64,000 bases of DNA from the NCBI GenBank assembly GCA_963816145.1, contig CAWFJP010000003.1, positions 608,001-672,000 of the forward strand, given 5' to 3'. The translations under genes were made by a program, and so were the position numbers. This DNA comes from an uncultured delta proteobacterium. Lineage in GTDB: Bacteria > Desulfobacterota > Binatia > UBA9968. The notes below the pieces were generated by a model, which ran no database searches, had not been told where the DNA came from, and saw only the letters and a list, made by a program, of their open reading frames with translations. Shown here piece after piece: positions 47,999 through 57,832 of the stretch (position 1 is the first letter of the stretch; every line of letters begins with the position of its first letter).

Positions 47999-48116
47999 AC
48001 TCCCTTCGGCTTCAAGCGGACCATTTCCAACTTCACGACGGGAACCACGCTCTTCATACCGACATTCCCGCAACGACAGTAATCCAGGTTGTTTGCGGCA
48101 CAATCAACCCTCAAGA

Positions 48117-48199
48117 TGGATGCCGGTTTTCACCGGCATGACGGACGGTGTTGTCATCCTTACGCAAAGGCGGAAAACCTTGGCGAAATCGGAATGACA
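48117..48199. repeat. GTCAT-bounded REP-like palindromic elements (partial)
   Basis: tggatgccggttttcaccggcatgac matches the right arm at 63841-63866; followed by tgtcatcc...ggaatgaca. Confidence 0.65.
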
Positions 48200-48212
48200 G
48201 CGCAAGAATCCG

Positions 48213-49490
48213 TCAGGCGCGAAGCTTCCGCGTGTAGAACACCTGATTATCCTGATCGATGAATTCGAGCAGCGCCTCATTGGCGTTGGCTTGTGGGTCT
48301 ACGGTGATCTTCGCGAAGTTGAAGTTCTCGGCGAGGAAGAATTCATAGCGCCGGTTGGCGCTGTTGGTGATCCGGTTGAGCGGTGCCGCCAACGGTCCGG
48401 CAGTAATGTCGAGCACTCCGTTACCCTTGGGAATTTTCGTCACTGCTGCGCAGTGCAGATCGGCACTCATGAATACCACTCCAGGAATTTTCTTTTCGTG
48501 AATGTAGCGCAAGATCTCAGCCCGCTCCTTGGGATATCCGTCCCAGCGATCCTTGCCGCCACCGGCCATAGGCACCGTGGTCGCGACGAATTTAAATGTC
48601 GCGCTCGAGTTGACTAGACGATCGAAGAACCACTCTTTCTGCCCGCGCCCCAACATGCTGCTGCGATCGAGCGCACGGTACTGGCGCGTGTCGAGAATAA
48701 TCAAATCCACCGCCCGGCCCCAGCGCGCCGCGCGATAAATCTGTTCGGATTCTGGCACCGGCCGGCGCACCGGCCAGTAGTCAAGGAACGCCTTTCTGCC
48801 GATGGGCGCCAACGGATTGCCGGGCAGATAATCATCCTCGACTTCGTGATCGTCCCACATCACATAGACGCTGGTCTCAGCGAAGCAACTTTGTAATGCA
48901 ACATCATCGCGATTGATGCGGTATTTGTCCCAAAACTCGGGCAAAGTATGCGCTGAACCGTTGCGATCGGCGTAGATGGTATCTCCCAGGTGGAGAAAGA
49001 AGTCCGGTCGCTGTGCGCGCACGGCATTCATGACGGTAAACGGCTTGTAGCTCTGGCGTGTGTCGCCGCTGAAGCAGAACGTTACCTTCGAGTTATCGTC
49101 CGACCGCGGCGCCGTGACAAAGCTTCCCAGCGGACCCGGCGTCCTCCCCTCGACAATCGCCCGGTAATAATAGCGTGTACTCGCTCGTAGGCCACCGATG
49201 GAAAAAATCGCACTGAAATCCGCGCTCGTATCAGCTGCGAGGACTGAACTAGTTTGAAATTGCGCCAGACTCGGATCTGTTCCGTAGCGCAACGCCGCTT
49301 TGCTACCTGCTTCTGCCCGGAGCCATACCAGCGCGCTGTCCGTGGTGACGTCGCCGCTGACATAGCCCAGCGACAATCCGGTGCTGGGATCGGGATTGAA
49401 AACTTGCGGGCGGCAACTTGCAACGCCCCAAAGGCTAGGTAGCGCGAGCCCCGCACCACCCATGAATTTCAGAAACTTTCGCCGGTCCAT
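48213..49490 (-). CDS. PhoD-family alkaline phosphatase, Tat-exported
   Basis: MDRRKFLK Tat motif, SGDVT, LHLGDTIYAD, WDDHE, LDTRQYR, WDGY, SADLH. Confidence 0.92.
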   Translation of the reverse strand: MDRRKFLKFMGGAGLALPSLWGVASCRPQVFNPDPSTGLSLGYVSGDVTTDSALVWLRAEAGSKAALRYGTDPSLAQFQTSSVLAADTSADFSAIFSIGGLRASTRYYYRAIVEGRTPGPLGSFVTAPRSDDNSKVTFCFSGDTRQSYKPFTVMNAVRAQRPDFFLHLGDTIYADRNGSAHTLPEFWDKYRINRDDVALQSCFAETSVYVMWDDHEVEDDYLPGNPLAPIGRKAFLDYWPVRRPVPESEQIYRAARWGRAVDLIILDTRQYRALDRSSMLGRGQKEWFFDRLVNSSATFKFVATTVPMAGGGKDRWDGYPKERAEILRYIHEKKIPGVVFMSADLHCAAVTKIPKGNGVLDITAGPLAAPLNRITNSANRRYEFFLAENFNFAKITVDPQANANEALLEFIDQDNQVFYTRKLRA

Positions 49491-49496
49491 TCTCAC

Positions 49497-49997
49497 TTAG
49501 ACGTTCAATTTGTTCCAAATCATTTCGCACAGCCAACCGGCGAGAAACGGAAAGACAAAACTCACAGCGACGCGAATCGCCACCACTTTCGCACCCAGAA
49601 ACGGAATCTCCCACATGATAATTCGCTGCAGGCCAAAAAGCGACCAAGCCGACAGATACGCGACCAGGGGCCCGACGCCGACTCCCACCTTGTAGAGCGA
49701 AGCGATCACCGGGAAGTGGGTCATCGGACCGCCCGGCGTGACACTACCCAAGGTCATGCCGATCATCAAACCGCGATACCCCGACCCTTGCCCCATCCAA
49801 CGCACGATGGTCTCCTGTGGCACGATCGCCTGTACCAGGCCAGCCAGCGTGAACGCCGCCACCATGCGCGGCGCGATCTCGACGATCAAAGAAAGTCCCG
49901 CACCGACCCCTGCCTCGGCGGCCTTGGGCGACTTTAGATACACGGCGATCACCGCGATTACCGCCGCGGCGATCATCAAGAGCGACGATGTGTCCAT
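49497..49997 (-). CDS. Small permease (DUF318/ArsP-like)
   Basis: Hydrophobic 166 aa; GSVTPGGP, GVGPLVAYLSAW, WEIPFLG; ATG 49997 preferred. Confidence 0.75.
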   Translation of the reverse strand: MDTSSLLMIAAAVIAVIAVYLKSPKAAEAGVGAGLSLIVEIAPRMVAAFTLAGLVQAIVPQETIVRWMGQGSGYRGLMIGMTLGSVTPGGPMTHFPVIASLYKVGVGVGPLVAYLSAWSLFGLQRIIMWEIPFLGAKVVAIRVAVSFVFPFLAGWLCEMIWNKLNV

Positions 49998-50142
49998 CGA
50001 TTTCCTTAATGCAGCGTGGAATTTTTCTTTTGACAGGACGGCCATTTGCACCAACGAGTGAAGCGCCAGTTCAAGACTGTAGAGAGCTGCGCGAGTTTTT
50101 TCAAGTGAACCACTCTCGGCACCGGTGAAGCTTGCGTTGGGC

Positions 50143-50209
50143 GAGATTCCGATCTTCGTTAGGGATGACGGTGCCGCAAGTCTGTCATTTCGAGCGGAGC
50201 GAGAAATCT
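50143..50209. repeat. GTCAT-bounded REP-like element arms
   Basis: tgtcatttcgagcggagcgagaaatct preceded by a degenerate opposite arm gagattccgatcttcgttagggatgac. Confidence 0.6.
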
Positions 50210-50323
50210 TCCCCATTTCCAGCGCCCAAGCCAAAAACAACCGACTTGCTACGATCGGCGCCGTCAGATTGACTTAAACAGTCGCCTTCGCTAGTTAAAA
50301 ACGATTACTTTTGGAGGAACCAC

Positions 50324-51607
50324 ATGGCCCTCGATCCCGCAGCAGCGCAAGCGATATTAGCACTAATCGACCGCAAAGAACTCGCCCAACTGGGCGCAGA
50401 TCTCACCAGCATTCCGAGCCCGACGGGACAGGAAAAGGCGATCGGTGAATTTATCTTGCATTGGTTCGAAGCCAACGGCCTGCGCGCGGTACGTCAGGAC
50501 GTCGAATACGACCGTCCCAACGCCGTCGGTATCGTCAAAGGCGACGGCAGCGGTCTGAGCCTGGGATTCAACGGCCACACCGATACCAGCTTCACTGGGA
50601 CCGAAGAAGATCGCCGCATGGTCGCGGTCATGGAGCCGCAGTCGGAACTCACCGGCAGAATCGTCGGCAACAAAGTGCAAGGCTTGGGGATCTCGAACAT
50701 GAAAGGTGGCGTCGCCGCCTTCATGATTGCCGGCAAGGCGCTTCACAAGAGCGGCGTAAAACTGAAAGGCGATGTCATCTTGGCCGCCGTCGTCGGCGAG
50801 ATCTCGCGCACGCCCATCGGTGCCTGGCAAACCAAGGAATACCGCGGCGAAGGCGCCGGCACGCGTCACCTGCTCACCCACGGCATGCACTCCGACTACG
50901 CGGTGTGCTGCGACGGCTCAGACATGAACATCGTCTGGACCCAAAACGGCGTGGTTCAAGTAAAAATTCAGACCACCGGCAAAGCCGAAGCCGCCTGGGG
51001 TACCAACCGGGAAACCCACCCGATGATCAAGATGAATGCGATCGTGAAAATGACGAAAATCATCGACGCCATCGAAAAATGGGGCGCCGAGTTCGAAGCC
51101 AAATATGTCTATCAATCCCCCACCGGACCGCTCTATCCCAAGGTGAACATCGGCGGTATCGAAGGCGGCGCGCCCTACCGCCCGAACTATTTTCCCGGCG
51201 TCTGCACCATCTACGTCGACATCCGCATGCCGCCGCAAGTGCGTCCGGTGCAGATCCAGTATGAATTGGAAAATACCCTAAACGCCACCGGCTTCGATTA
51301 CCAGCTAGATATTTATAAATCGCTACTTGGCCACGAAGGCAAACAGGTCGAACCGCTGGTCCAATCCGCCGAGGAGGTCTACCAACACCTGTTCAATCAA
51401 AAAATCAAACACGAAGCCGCCGACCGCGCCAGCATCTGGACCGACACGAACGTTTATAACGAATTGGGGATACCGGCGATCAAGATTGGCCCACGCGGCC
51501 GGCGCATCGGTCCGCGCAACGAAGAAATCGACATCGGCGTGATGGTCAACGCAGCGCAAGTCTACGCGCTGATGGCGTTGGATATCTGCACGCGGGCGAG
51601 AAACTAA
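50324..51607 (+). CDS. M20/ArgE/DapE-family metallo-hydrolase (atypical motifs)
   Basis: IPSPTGQE, RPNAVG, NGHTDT, NMKGG, VNIGGIEGG, VDIR; GGAGG RBS. Confidence 0.85.
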   Translation: MALDPAAAQAILALIDRKELAQLGADLTSIPSPTGQEKAIGEFILHWFEANGLRAVRQDVEYDRPNAVGIVKGDGSGLSLGFNGHTDTSFTGTEEDRRMVAVMEPQSELTGRIVGNKVQGLGISNMKGGVAAFMIAGKALHKSGVKLKGDVILAAVVGEISRTPIGAWQTKEYRGEGAGTRHLLTHGMHSDYAVCCDGSDMNIVWTQNGVVQVKIQTTGKAEAAWGTNRETHPMIKMNAIVKMTKIIDAIEKWGAEFEAKYVYQSPTGPLYPKVNIGGIEGGAPYRPNYFPGVCTIYVDIRMPPQVRPVQIQYELENTLNATGFDYQLDIYKSLLGHEGKQVEPLVQSAEEVYQHLFNQKIKHEAADRASIWTDTNVYNELGIPAIKIGPRGRRIGPRNEEIDIGVMVNAAQVYALMALDICTRARN

Positions 51608-51625
51608 GGTTGATGGCTATGGCAA

Positions 51626-51656
51626 GCTGGGGTGCGTCGAGAACGCGCACCCCGGC
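51626..51656. repeat. GC-rich hairpin between convergent genes (REP-like or terminator)
   Basis: gctggggtgcgt-cgagaac-gcgcaccccggc, no U-tract. Confidence 0.5.
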
Positions 51657-51721
51657 CCTGGACAGCAACACTGCTCAATTCACTTAATCGTAGTCGTTTT
51701 CGTCATCATCTCGGTCCGATA

Positions 51722-52900
51722 TCACGGCTTGACGATCAGCGACGACTGCTGTTCTTTCTGCTGCGCTTCCTGTTGGGCTTTGAGCTGTGACATGAAAAAG
51801 ACAAAGCTCTTTTGCATCAAGCCGGTTAGAAATGAAACATCCAGCGGCCCGGGATCGCCCTCGCCGACTTGTTGCACCACCGCGAGCGCGAGTTTTGCCT
51901 GCTCCATGCGCTCGGTCTCGGCAAAGTAAAGCGCCATGTCCTCCATGCGCCGCTTGAAAGCCTGGCCGTGATCGCCGGCGCAGAGCGTCTTCACTGCGTC
52001 GCGCACGACTCCGGCAAGTCGTTCTTCCTTTTGCACTTGATTCAGAATCAACGGGCTTGACTGCGCTTCATGCAGCGCCGCCAGGCAGTCCTGCACCCAC
52101 TCGTCGATGATGACCCAATAGCGCAGCTCCGGCTCTTCGAGTAGCCGGCGCGACTGTTCGCGCCACGGGCCGTCGCGAAAGTCGCCGGTGCCGAGTTTTT
52201 CATAGACCGGGTGGGTGACAGCCTTTGGCTTGCCGGTGCCGAGCACCGAGCGGATCGCATGAAAATCCTCCAGTCCGCTTTGACCGCGCGCCTTGGCCTT
52301 TTCATAGGCTTCGTAAACGATCCAGTCGGCGAATTCCCATGGAATGGCGATCATGCTGACGCCATGCTGCTGTTTGATATCGTCGGCCATGGCGCGCAAT
52401 TCTTTGCGCTTCATCTGCACGCCGCCGAAGCGCAAGAGACCTTCGCGGTCATGCACCATGGCTTGAATCACCTGCAAGCCGTGGTTGGTCTGGGGCTTGG
52501 CGATCCAAATCAGCCGTCCGCCGCCGCCATCGACGGCGGACATATATGCCTCGATCTGGTTTTCTCGCTCGAACAGCGGCCCGAGCTTTTTCTCAGCTGC
52601 TGGCTCCGGTGGCACCACGACACCTTTTTGACTGAGCTTGAAGAGCGAGCGCTTGATTTCTTTTTTTAGTTCTTTGTCGGCGCTGCCTCGATCGAACTCG
52701 CGCAATTGCTCCGCTGCTTCCGCGGTGGCGATCTTGCCAAGCAAGAATACCGCCGCCAGATCCATTTCCGGTGATCTGCGCCACACCTCGCGCAGCGCCG
52801 GGATTGAAGCCACGCTCGGCGCCTCAACAGCGATACCGGCGACGGCGAGCGCGGCGAGCCCGTTCTTCAACTGCTCGTCATGGAAATCCTGTTTTGCCAA
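51722..52900 (-). CDS. Hypothetical protein
   Basis: 392-aa ORF with typical codon use; ELKKEIKRSLFKLSQKG helix, AYMSAVDGGGGR, C-terminal SLIVKP; no motif recognised. Confidence 0.7.
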   Translation of the reverse strand: MAKQDFHDEQLKNGLAALAVAGIAVEAPSVASIPALREVWRRSPEMDLAAVFLLGKIATAEAAEQLREFDRGSADKELKKEIKRSLFKLSQKGVVVPPEPAAEKKLGPLFERENQIEAYMSAVDGGGGRLIWIAKPQTNHGLQVIQAMVHDREGLLRFGGVQMKRKELRAMADDIKQQHGVSMIAIPWEFADWIVYEAYEKAKARGQSGLEDFHAIRSVLGTGKPKAVTHPVYEKLGTGDFRDGPWREQSRRLLEEPELRYWVIIDEWVQDCLAALHEAQSSPLILNQVQKEERLAGVVRDAVKTLCAGDHGQAFKRRMEDMALYFAETERMEQAKLALAVVQQVGEGDPGPLDVSFLTGLMQKSFVFFMSQLKAQQEAQQKEQQSSLIVKP

Positions 52901-53144
52901 GCGCCTATCCTTCCTCTGTCAGATGGGCATAGTGATGTCACAATCCAGGCCACTTTCCAATAATCCACTGTGCCGTCAAGCATCTCCCAGCAGATCCGGG
53001 TTCGGCACTGAAAGCGGGTCGCCAGGATTTCAAAAAGCTTTGGTTTATCGCACATCTCCACTGGCCAATCGACATCGGCACCTTGACTTACGCCGGCATG
53101 CCAGCTAAGTCATTTAGTTGATTTTGGATTAGGAGGCAGAAATT

Positions 53145-53927
53145 ATGGCAATGATTGAATCGCGGATCGACAACGGCATCGCAGTCTTGGAAATCAACCG
53201 CCCGCCGGTTAACAGCTACACCACGGAACTACTCAAAGAGTTGGACGCGGCGGTGCTCGACGCGCGCTTCAACGACGATGTCCACGCCATCGTCATCACC
53301 GGCAAGGTCGAGAAGTTTTTTTCCGCCGGCGCCGACATCAACATGCTCTCGAGCAAGTCGCTTGGCTTCAAAAATAACTTCGCGCTGCACGGCCACGAAG
53401 TCCTCATGCGGTTGGAAAACACGCCGAAGATCATCATCGCCGCGATCAACGGCCATGCCGTCGGCGGCGGCTTGGAAATCGCCATGGCCTGCGACATCCG
53501 TATCGCCAAAAAGGAAGGCGGCCGCGTCGGTTTGGCGGAAATCAATTTAGGCGTCATGCCCGGCATGGGCGGCACCCAGCGCCTGCCGCGCTTGGTCGGC
53601 AAAGCGCGTGCAATGGAACTTTGCTTCACCGGCAAAACCATCGCCTTCGAAGAGGCGCTCGACATGGGCTTGGTCCATTACATCTACGACAAAGAAGGTT
53701 TCATGGACCAGGTGATGGATTATGCCCGCCAGTTCATCGTGCCCAATAAGAGCAGCCTGGCAGTGGGCAAAGTGAAACGTGCCATCACCACCGGCCTCGA
53801 ACTGTCGCTCCCCGAAGGCTTGGCCTTCGAGCGCGAGCTGTTGGCACAAACCTTCGGCAGCGAGGACGGCCAGGAAGGCGTCAAGGCCTATCTAGAAAAA
53901 AGAACAGCGCAATTTAAGGGAAGATAG
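53145..53927 (+). CDS. Enoyl-CoA hydratase/isomerase family protein
   Basis: FFSAGADI, AINGHAVGGGLE, AEINLGVMPGMGGTQRL (both Glu present); AGGAGG RBS. Confidence 0.95.
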   Translation: MAMIESRIDNGIAVLEINRPPVNSYTTELLKELDAAVLDARFNDDVHAIVITGKVEKFFSAGADINMLSSKSLGFKNNFALHGHEVLMRLENTPKIIIAAINGHAVGGGLEIAMACDIRIAKKEGGRVGLAEINLGVMPGMGGTQRLPRLVGKARAMELCFTGKTIAFEEALDMGLVHYIYDKEGFMDQVMDYARQFIVPNKSSLAVGKVKRAITTGLELSLPEGLAFERELLAQTFGSEDGQEGVKAYLEKRTAQFKGR

Positions 53928-53930
53928 GCA

Positions 53931-54009
53931 AGGCAAAATTCAAAAGTAAAAAGGCAAAAGGCCTTCTCACCAAATAACTTTTTACTTTTTCCTTGTAACT
54001 TTTTACTTT
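53931..54009. repeat. 7-bp tandem/inverted array (AAAAGKM)n...(KMCTTTT)n
   Basis: aggcaaa attcaaa agtaaaa aggcaaa agg ... ctttttac tttttcc ttgtaac tttttac ttt. Confidence 0.8.
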
Positions 54010-54024
54010 CATGGAGGTTAGGTA

Positions 54025-55488
54025 ATGGCCAAGATGTTTATCGGCGGCGAGTCCGTCGATTCGGTAACCAAGAACACTAGCGAAGTCCGTAATCCCGCTA
54101 CTGGCGCAACGGTCGACACTGTGCCGCAGGGCAATGACAAAGACGTGCAACACGCGATTTCCGCCGCCGAAGACGCTTTCAAAGTTTGGTCCGATGTTTC
54201 GCCCGAAGATCGCGGCAATGCATTGATGAATGCCGGCGAGTTGATCAAGAAAAACACCGCTGAGATCGCCCAACTGCTCACCCAAGAACAGGGCAAGACG
54301 CTGTTCGAAGCAGGTTTGGAAATTCACCATCTCGTGCATGGGCTGGAGTTCTACGCCGGTCTTGCGTCCAAAGTGCGCGGCTCCCATGTGCCGCTGCCGC
54401 AAAAGAACGCCTACGGCATGGTCGTGCGCCAGCCGATCGGCGTGTGCGGCGGCATCGTGCCATGGAATTTCCCGCTGACTTTGATGGGCACGAAGCTAGG
54501 TCCGGCGTTAGCCGCCGGCAACACGATCATCATCAAGCCGGCCAGCACCACGCCACTGGCGACGATCAAAGTCATCGAGCTCATCGCCCAGGCGACCTTC
54601 GGCGAAGGTAAAGCGCAGAAGCAATTGCCGAAGGGCACGGTCAATATCGTCACCGGTCCGGGCGGCAGCGTCGGTGAAGAACTGCTGCGCAATCCGCGGG
54701 TTCGCCGTATCGCTTTCACCGGCTCGACCCCGGTGGGCCGCCATGTCATGGAAGTTGCCGGCCGGGAAATCAAGCGGGTTACCCTGGAGTTGGGCGGCAG
54801 CGATCCGATGATCGTCATGGAAGACGCCAACGTCGATTTGGCGGTGAAGATGGCCGATGTCGGCCGCTACTTTAATTGCGGCCAGATGTGCTTAGGCGTT
54901 AAGCGTTTGTTCCTGCAAGAATCCATCGCCGACAATTTCATCGGCGGCCTGGTGGAGATCTTGAAGAAGAAAACCGTCGGCAACGGCATGAGTAAAGAAA
55001 CCCGCATGGGGCCGATCCATGTCGGCTCGCAGCGCCAAGAAGTCGAAGAACAGGTCGAAGACGCTAAAGCGCGCGGCGGCAAAGTGTTGTTCGGCGGCGA
55101 ACGCCCCAAGGGCGCCGAGTTCGACAACGGCTTTTTCTATCTGCCGACGCTGATGACCAACGTGCCCGAAGACTCGCGTTTGACCAAGGAAGAAGTCTTC
55201 GGTCCCGCGCTGCCGGTTTACACCTTCAAGACCCTCGACGAAGCGTTGGAGAAAGCCAATTCATCCGAGTTCGGCCTCGGCTCATCGATCTGGACGCGCA
55301 ACTTGCTGCACGCCAACAAAGCGATCGACAAACTCCAGGCCGGCAACGTCTGGGTCAACTCGCTGCACTACGGCTACGACGAGCTGCCCTTCGGCGGCGT
55401 CAAGTCGAGCGGCGTCGGCCGTGAGCATGGACCCGAAGCGCTCGATTACTACCTCGAGCCTAAGGGCGTTGTCGTCGTCAACATCTGA
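54025..55488 (+). CDS. NAD(P)-dependent aldehyde dehydrogenase
   Basis: PWNFP, FTGST, LELGGSDP, NCGQMC, EEVFGP, PFGGVKSSG. Confidence 0.97.
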   Translation: MAKMFIGGESVDSVTKNTSEVRNPATGATVDTVPQGNDKDVQHAISAAEDAFKVWSDVSPEDRGNALMNAGELIKKNTAEIAQLLTQEQGKTLFEAGLEIHHLVHGLEFYAGLASKVRGSHVPLPQKNAYGMVVRQPIGVCGGIVPWNFPLTLMGTKLGPALAAGNTIIIKPASTTPLATIKVIELIAQATFGEGKAQKQLPKGTVNIVTGPGGSVGEELLRNPRVRRIAFTGSTPVGRHVMEVAGREIKRVTLELGGSDPMIVMEDANVDLAVKMADVGRYFNCGQMCLGVKRLFLQESIADNFIGGLVEILKKKTVGNGMSKETRMGPIHVGSQRQEVEEQVEDAKARGGKVLFGGERPKGAEFDNGFFYLPTLMTNVPEDSRLTKEEVFGPALPVYTFKTLDEALEKANSSEFGLGSSIWTRNLLHANKAIDKLQAGNVWVNSLHYGYDELPFGGVKSSGVGREHGPEALDYYLEPKGVVVVNI

Positions 55489-55495
55489 AGCTCAG

Positions 55496-55572
55496 TTGGA
55501 GTGATGGAGCATTGGAGTAATGGGTCGATTCCGAAAACCCCAACACTCCGGTTCTCCATCACTCATTACTCC
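55496..55572. repeat. 8-bp tandem/inverted array (TGGAGTNN family)
   Basis: ttggagtg atggagca ttggagta atgg ... ccaacact ccggttct ccatcact cattactcc. Confidence 0.85.
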
Positions 55573-55581
55573 CCTTTTAGG

Positions 55582-55611
55582 TTGACAAGTTGCTCATCCT
55601 TCAACTACGTT
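55582..55611 (+). promoter_or_regulatory. Candidate sigma70 promoter for the VOC gene
   Basis: TTGACA-N18-TACGTT about 30 bp before AAGGAG-ATG 55644. Confidence 0.45.
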
Positions 55612-55643
55612 AGCGATATCTAATCCGCGCAAAGGAGCCCGCT

Positions 55644-56441
55644 ATGTTCGCACAATTGAGACACATGGCTATCGTCACCAGTAACGCCAATCATGAGGGT
55701 GATTTCTACCGTGATATTTTTGGCATGAAGCGCTCAGGTATAACGCGAGCAGGCGGCGCCGTCGTCTGTCACGACGGTTACGTCGGATTGAACTTGAATC
55801 CGCGGGCACCGGGACGGCAGGCAGGCTTTGACCATTTCGGCTTCGAGGTCCAAGACACCGAGGTCGTCTTCGCCCGGCTCAAGGACAACTATCCGAAGAT
55901 CCAAGTGCTGCATCGGCCGAGCAATCGTCCCTTCGCCGGCATCAGTATGCACGATCCCAACGGCAACGTCTTCGATCTGTCCCAGCTGAACATGGAAAAT
56001 CGCCGGGACCTTTATACCGACAAAGTTGAAGAGCGCAAACGGCGAGTCGGCCACATCGGGCTGCGCTGCGTCGACCCGGATCTGTGCGGCGAATTCTATC
56101 GCGATGTATTCGAGCTGACAGAACTTGAGAAGCCCAATGGCGACCCCAACCACTACCTTTCCGACGGCAAAGTGACCTTAGCGGTAATGCCCTGGAAGAT
56201 TTCCGATTTCTCTGGCTCCGGCATCGAACGCCCCGCTCTCGACCATATCGGCTTCAAGGTTGAAAGCCTGGCAGCGTTCAAAGCCGATATCGCGAAGCAC
56301 GCGCAAGAATACACCGTGGACGAAAACCGCCCGGAGAAAAATCCCGAACGTGAAGTACGGCAGAAATTGCTGGCGACTTGCTGCTTCGGGCAGTATCAGA
56401 TGTCTGACCCGGATGGCGTGCTCATCGACGTATCGGAATAG
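55644..56441 (+). CDS. Two-domain VOC/glyoxalase-family protein
   Basis: LRHMAI, FDHFGFEV, HDPNGN, GHIGL, LDHIGFKV, SDPDG. Confidence 0.88.
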   Translation: MFAQLRHMAIVTSNANHEGDFYRDIFGMKRSGITRAGGAVVCHDGYVGLNLNPRAPGRQAGFDHFGFEVQDTEVVFARLKDNYPKIQVLHRPSNRPFAGISMHDPNGNVFDLSQLNMENRRDLYTDKVEERKRRVGHIGLRCVDPDLCGEFYRDVFELTELEKPNGDPNHYLSDGKVTLAVMPWKISDFSGSGIERPALDHIGFKVESLAAFKADIAKHAQEYTVDENRPEKNPEREVRQKLLATCCFGQYQMSDPDGVLIDVSE

Positions 56442-56466
56442 TTAGAATCGATTCAGCGTGAATAGC

Positions 56467-56500
56467 AAAGGGCAACCGTCGAGAGACGGTTGCCTTTTTT
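56467..56500. terminator. Rho-independent terminator, probably bidirectional
   Basis: aaagggcaaccgtc-gaga-gacggttgcc-tttttt between convergent genes. Confidence 0.88.
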
Positions 56501-56525
56501 ATTTGGCGAATTTCCGGAATAGAGA

Positions 56526-57515
56526 TTAATGAACCCTCAAGGTCTTACTGAAACGTCCCGCGCCCAGTCCCAGCGCGATCACCACCAGAAAAAACAGCAG
56601 CGCAGGCAACTGCGCCGTAATAGGCGGCTCGACACCGGTCACCGCGACCAACTGTTCGGTGCGCAGTGGTTCTTGGCCGGCGACCTCAGCCAGCGAATTC
56701 ACCCGATACTCCGCCCCATCCGGGAAATGGAAATCCACAAGGTAGTCCTTGTCCACCGGCACCTTGTCGATGGCAAAAACCGTCTTTTGTTTTTCCAGAT
56801 GCGTGATGGTTAACGAGAGCAATGTCATCGCTTTGCCGTTATCCGGTGCACGCCAGCGCAGCCGAGTTGGCTTGCCAACGGTAGCGGCATCGATTTCCAG
56901 TGCCGTAGACGGAATTCCCACCTTTTCACCCGACGAGGGCCCGTCATGAGCGCTAACCATGCTGACAACGCCCAAAAACAATAGCAGCCATGACATTGTC
57001 GCCGCTGGCGGGATTGTCGTAAAGATCCGGCCGGCGGCAAAACCAAAAACAAACAGCCCAGCGCAAAACAATCCGAGCCAGAACCACTTCGTCGGATTTT
57101 CTAGAATTGGAATGACAAAGTTCTTGGTGCTAGCCTTGCCATCGGCGCCGACCAGGTTCACCGACAACCGATAGTCGCCGCGGATCGGAAATAGATATTT
57201 CCAGCCGGCGCGTCCTTGGCGCAGCGGCAAGACCAATTCGAGCAAGCGGCTGCTTTCCACTAATGGAAAATCGCTGGACAAAAAAGCTCCCGACTTTGGC
57301 GCATCAAGGACAATAGCGACGCTGCCTTGCTCGACCGGCCGACCGTCAGCGTGGGTAACCAGGAGGGAAATATTGACCGGGTCAGCGAAGGGCCGCAGCA
57401 GCCCCAGCGCCGGCGAAGTCTTTAGATAAATATTTAATTCCTCAGCCCTAGCGGCCACGCCGAGGAGTAAGACGCATGAGAAACAGAAGACAGCGAAAAG
57501 CGCTCTTAGTGACAA
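56526..57515 (-). CDS. Membrane-anchored protein with two tandem beta-sandwich + TM units
   Basis: TTG 57515 gives signal peptide MSLRALFAVFCFSCVLLLGVAARA; internal repeat FPxxxxYR...TM-AGR occurs twice; internal SAHDG. Confidence 0.7.
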   Translation of the reverse strand: MSLRALFAVFCFSCVLLLGVAARAEELNIYLKTSPALGLLRPFADPVNISLLVTHADGRPVEQGSVAIVLDAPKSGAFLSSDFPLVESSRLLELVLPLRQGRAGWKYLFPIRGDYRLSVNLVGADGKASTKNFVIPILENPTKWFWLGLFCAGLFVFGFAAGRIFTTIPPAATMSWLLLFLGVVSMVSAHDGPSSGEKVGIPSTALEIDAATVGKPTRLRWRAPDNGKAMTLLSLTITHLEKQKTVFAIDKVPVDKDYLVDFHFPDGAEYRVNSLAEVAGQEPLRTEQLVAVTGVEPPITAQLPALLFFLVVIALGLGAGRFSKTLRVH

Positions 57516-57694
57516 GGAACTACGGCAAGCGCGTGGCGGACATTGTGCAGGGTATCGTGAACCGCGGGATAGCTCGACGCCAAAGCAACAAACAACGTCG
57601 CGCCGCAAAGCGAAAGAAAGATTCCCGACTTGAGCAGGAACGAGAGCCTCTCCGATAGCGAAAAACCCAACCAGCTAACCAGCGTTCTTTCCAT
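57506..57694 (-). CDS. CbtB-domain small protein (probable cobalt transporter subunit family)
   Basis: One TM helix then HDTLHNVRHALAVVPCH, matching the CbtB HxxxHxxRHxxxxPCH pattern. Confidence 0.82.
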   Translation of the reverse strand: MERTLVSWLGFSLSERLSFLLKSGIFLSLCGATLFVALASSYPAVHDTLHNVRHALAVVPCH

Positions 57695-57832
57695 GATTTC
57701 GCTCCGATGGTGAATTCATCACATCATCCTCCCAACCACTCGTCGCTGTCAAGCAGACCGGTGAAACTTTTCAGTTGCCTTTCAGCGCGCGCTTGAATAT
57801 GGCTAACTCAATCAACCCACAGGGAGGTTCCC

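Noticed and set aside
47999-48114. Possible gene relic (DYCRCG...VKLEMVRLKPKG) after the dehydrogenase
   Set aside because: Too short, no RBS or recognisable family; cannot be supported without a search
49998-50240. N-terminal extension of the permease (247-aa call)
   Set aside because: It runs through a REP-like element and intergenic DNA; the hydrophobic domain begins at ATG 49997
53145-56441. Assignment of the hydratase-ALDH-VOC genes to the benzoyl-CoA (box) pathway
   Set aside because: No boxA/boxB or CoA ligase in the window; family-level motifs do not define the substrate
57695-57832. Cobalamin riboswitch upstream of the CbtB-like gene
   Set aside because: The gap is short and shared with a divergent gene; no GGGAA / GCCACTG B12-box elements were found by eye
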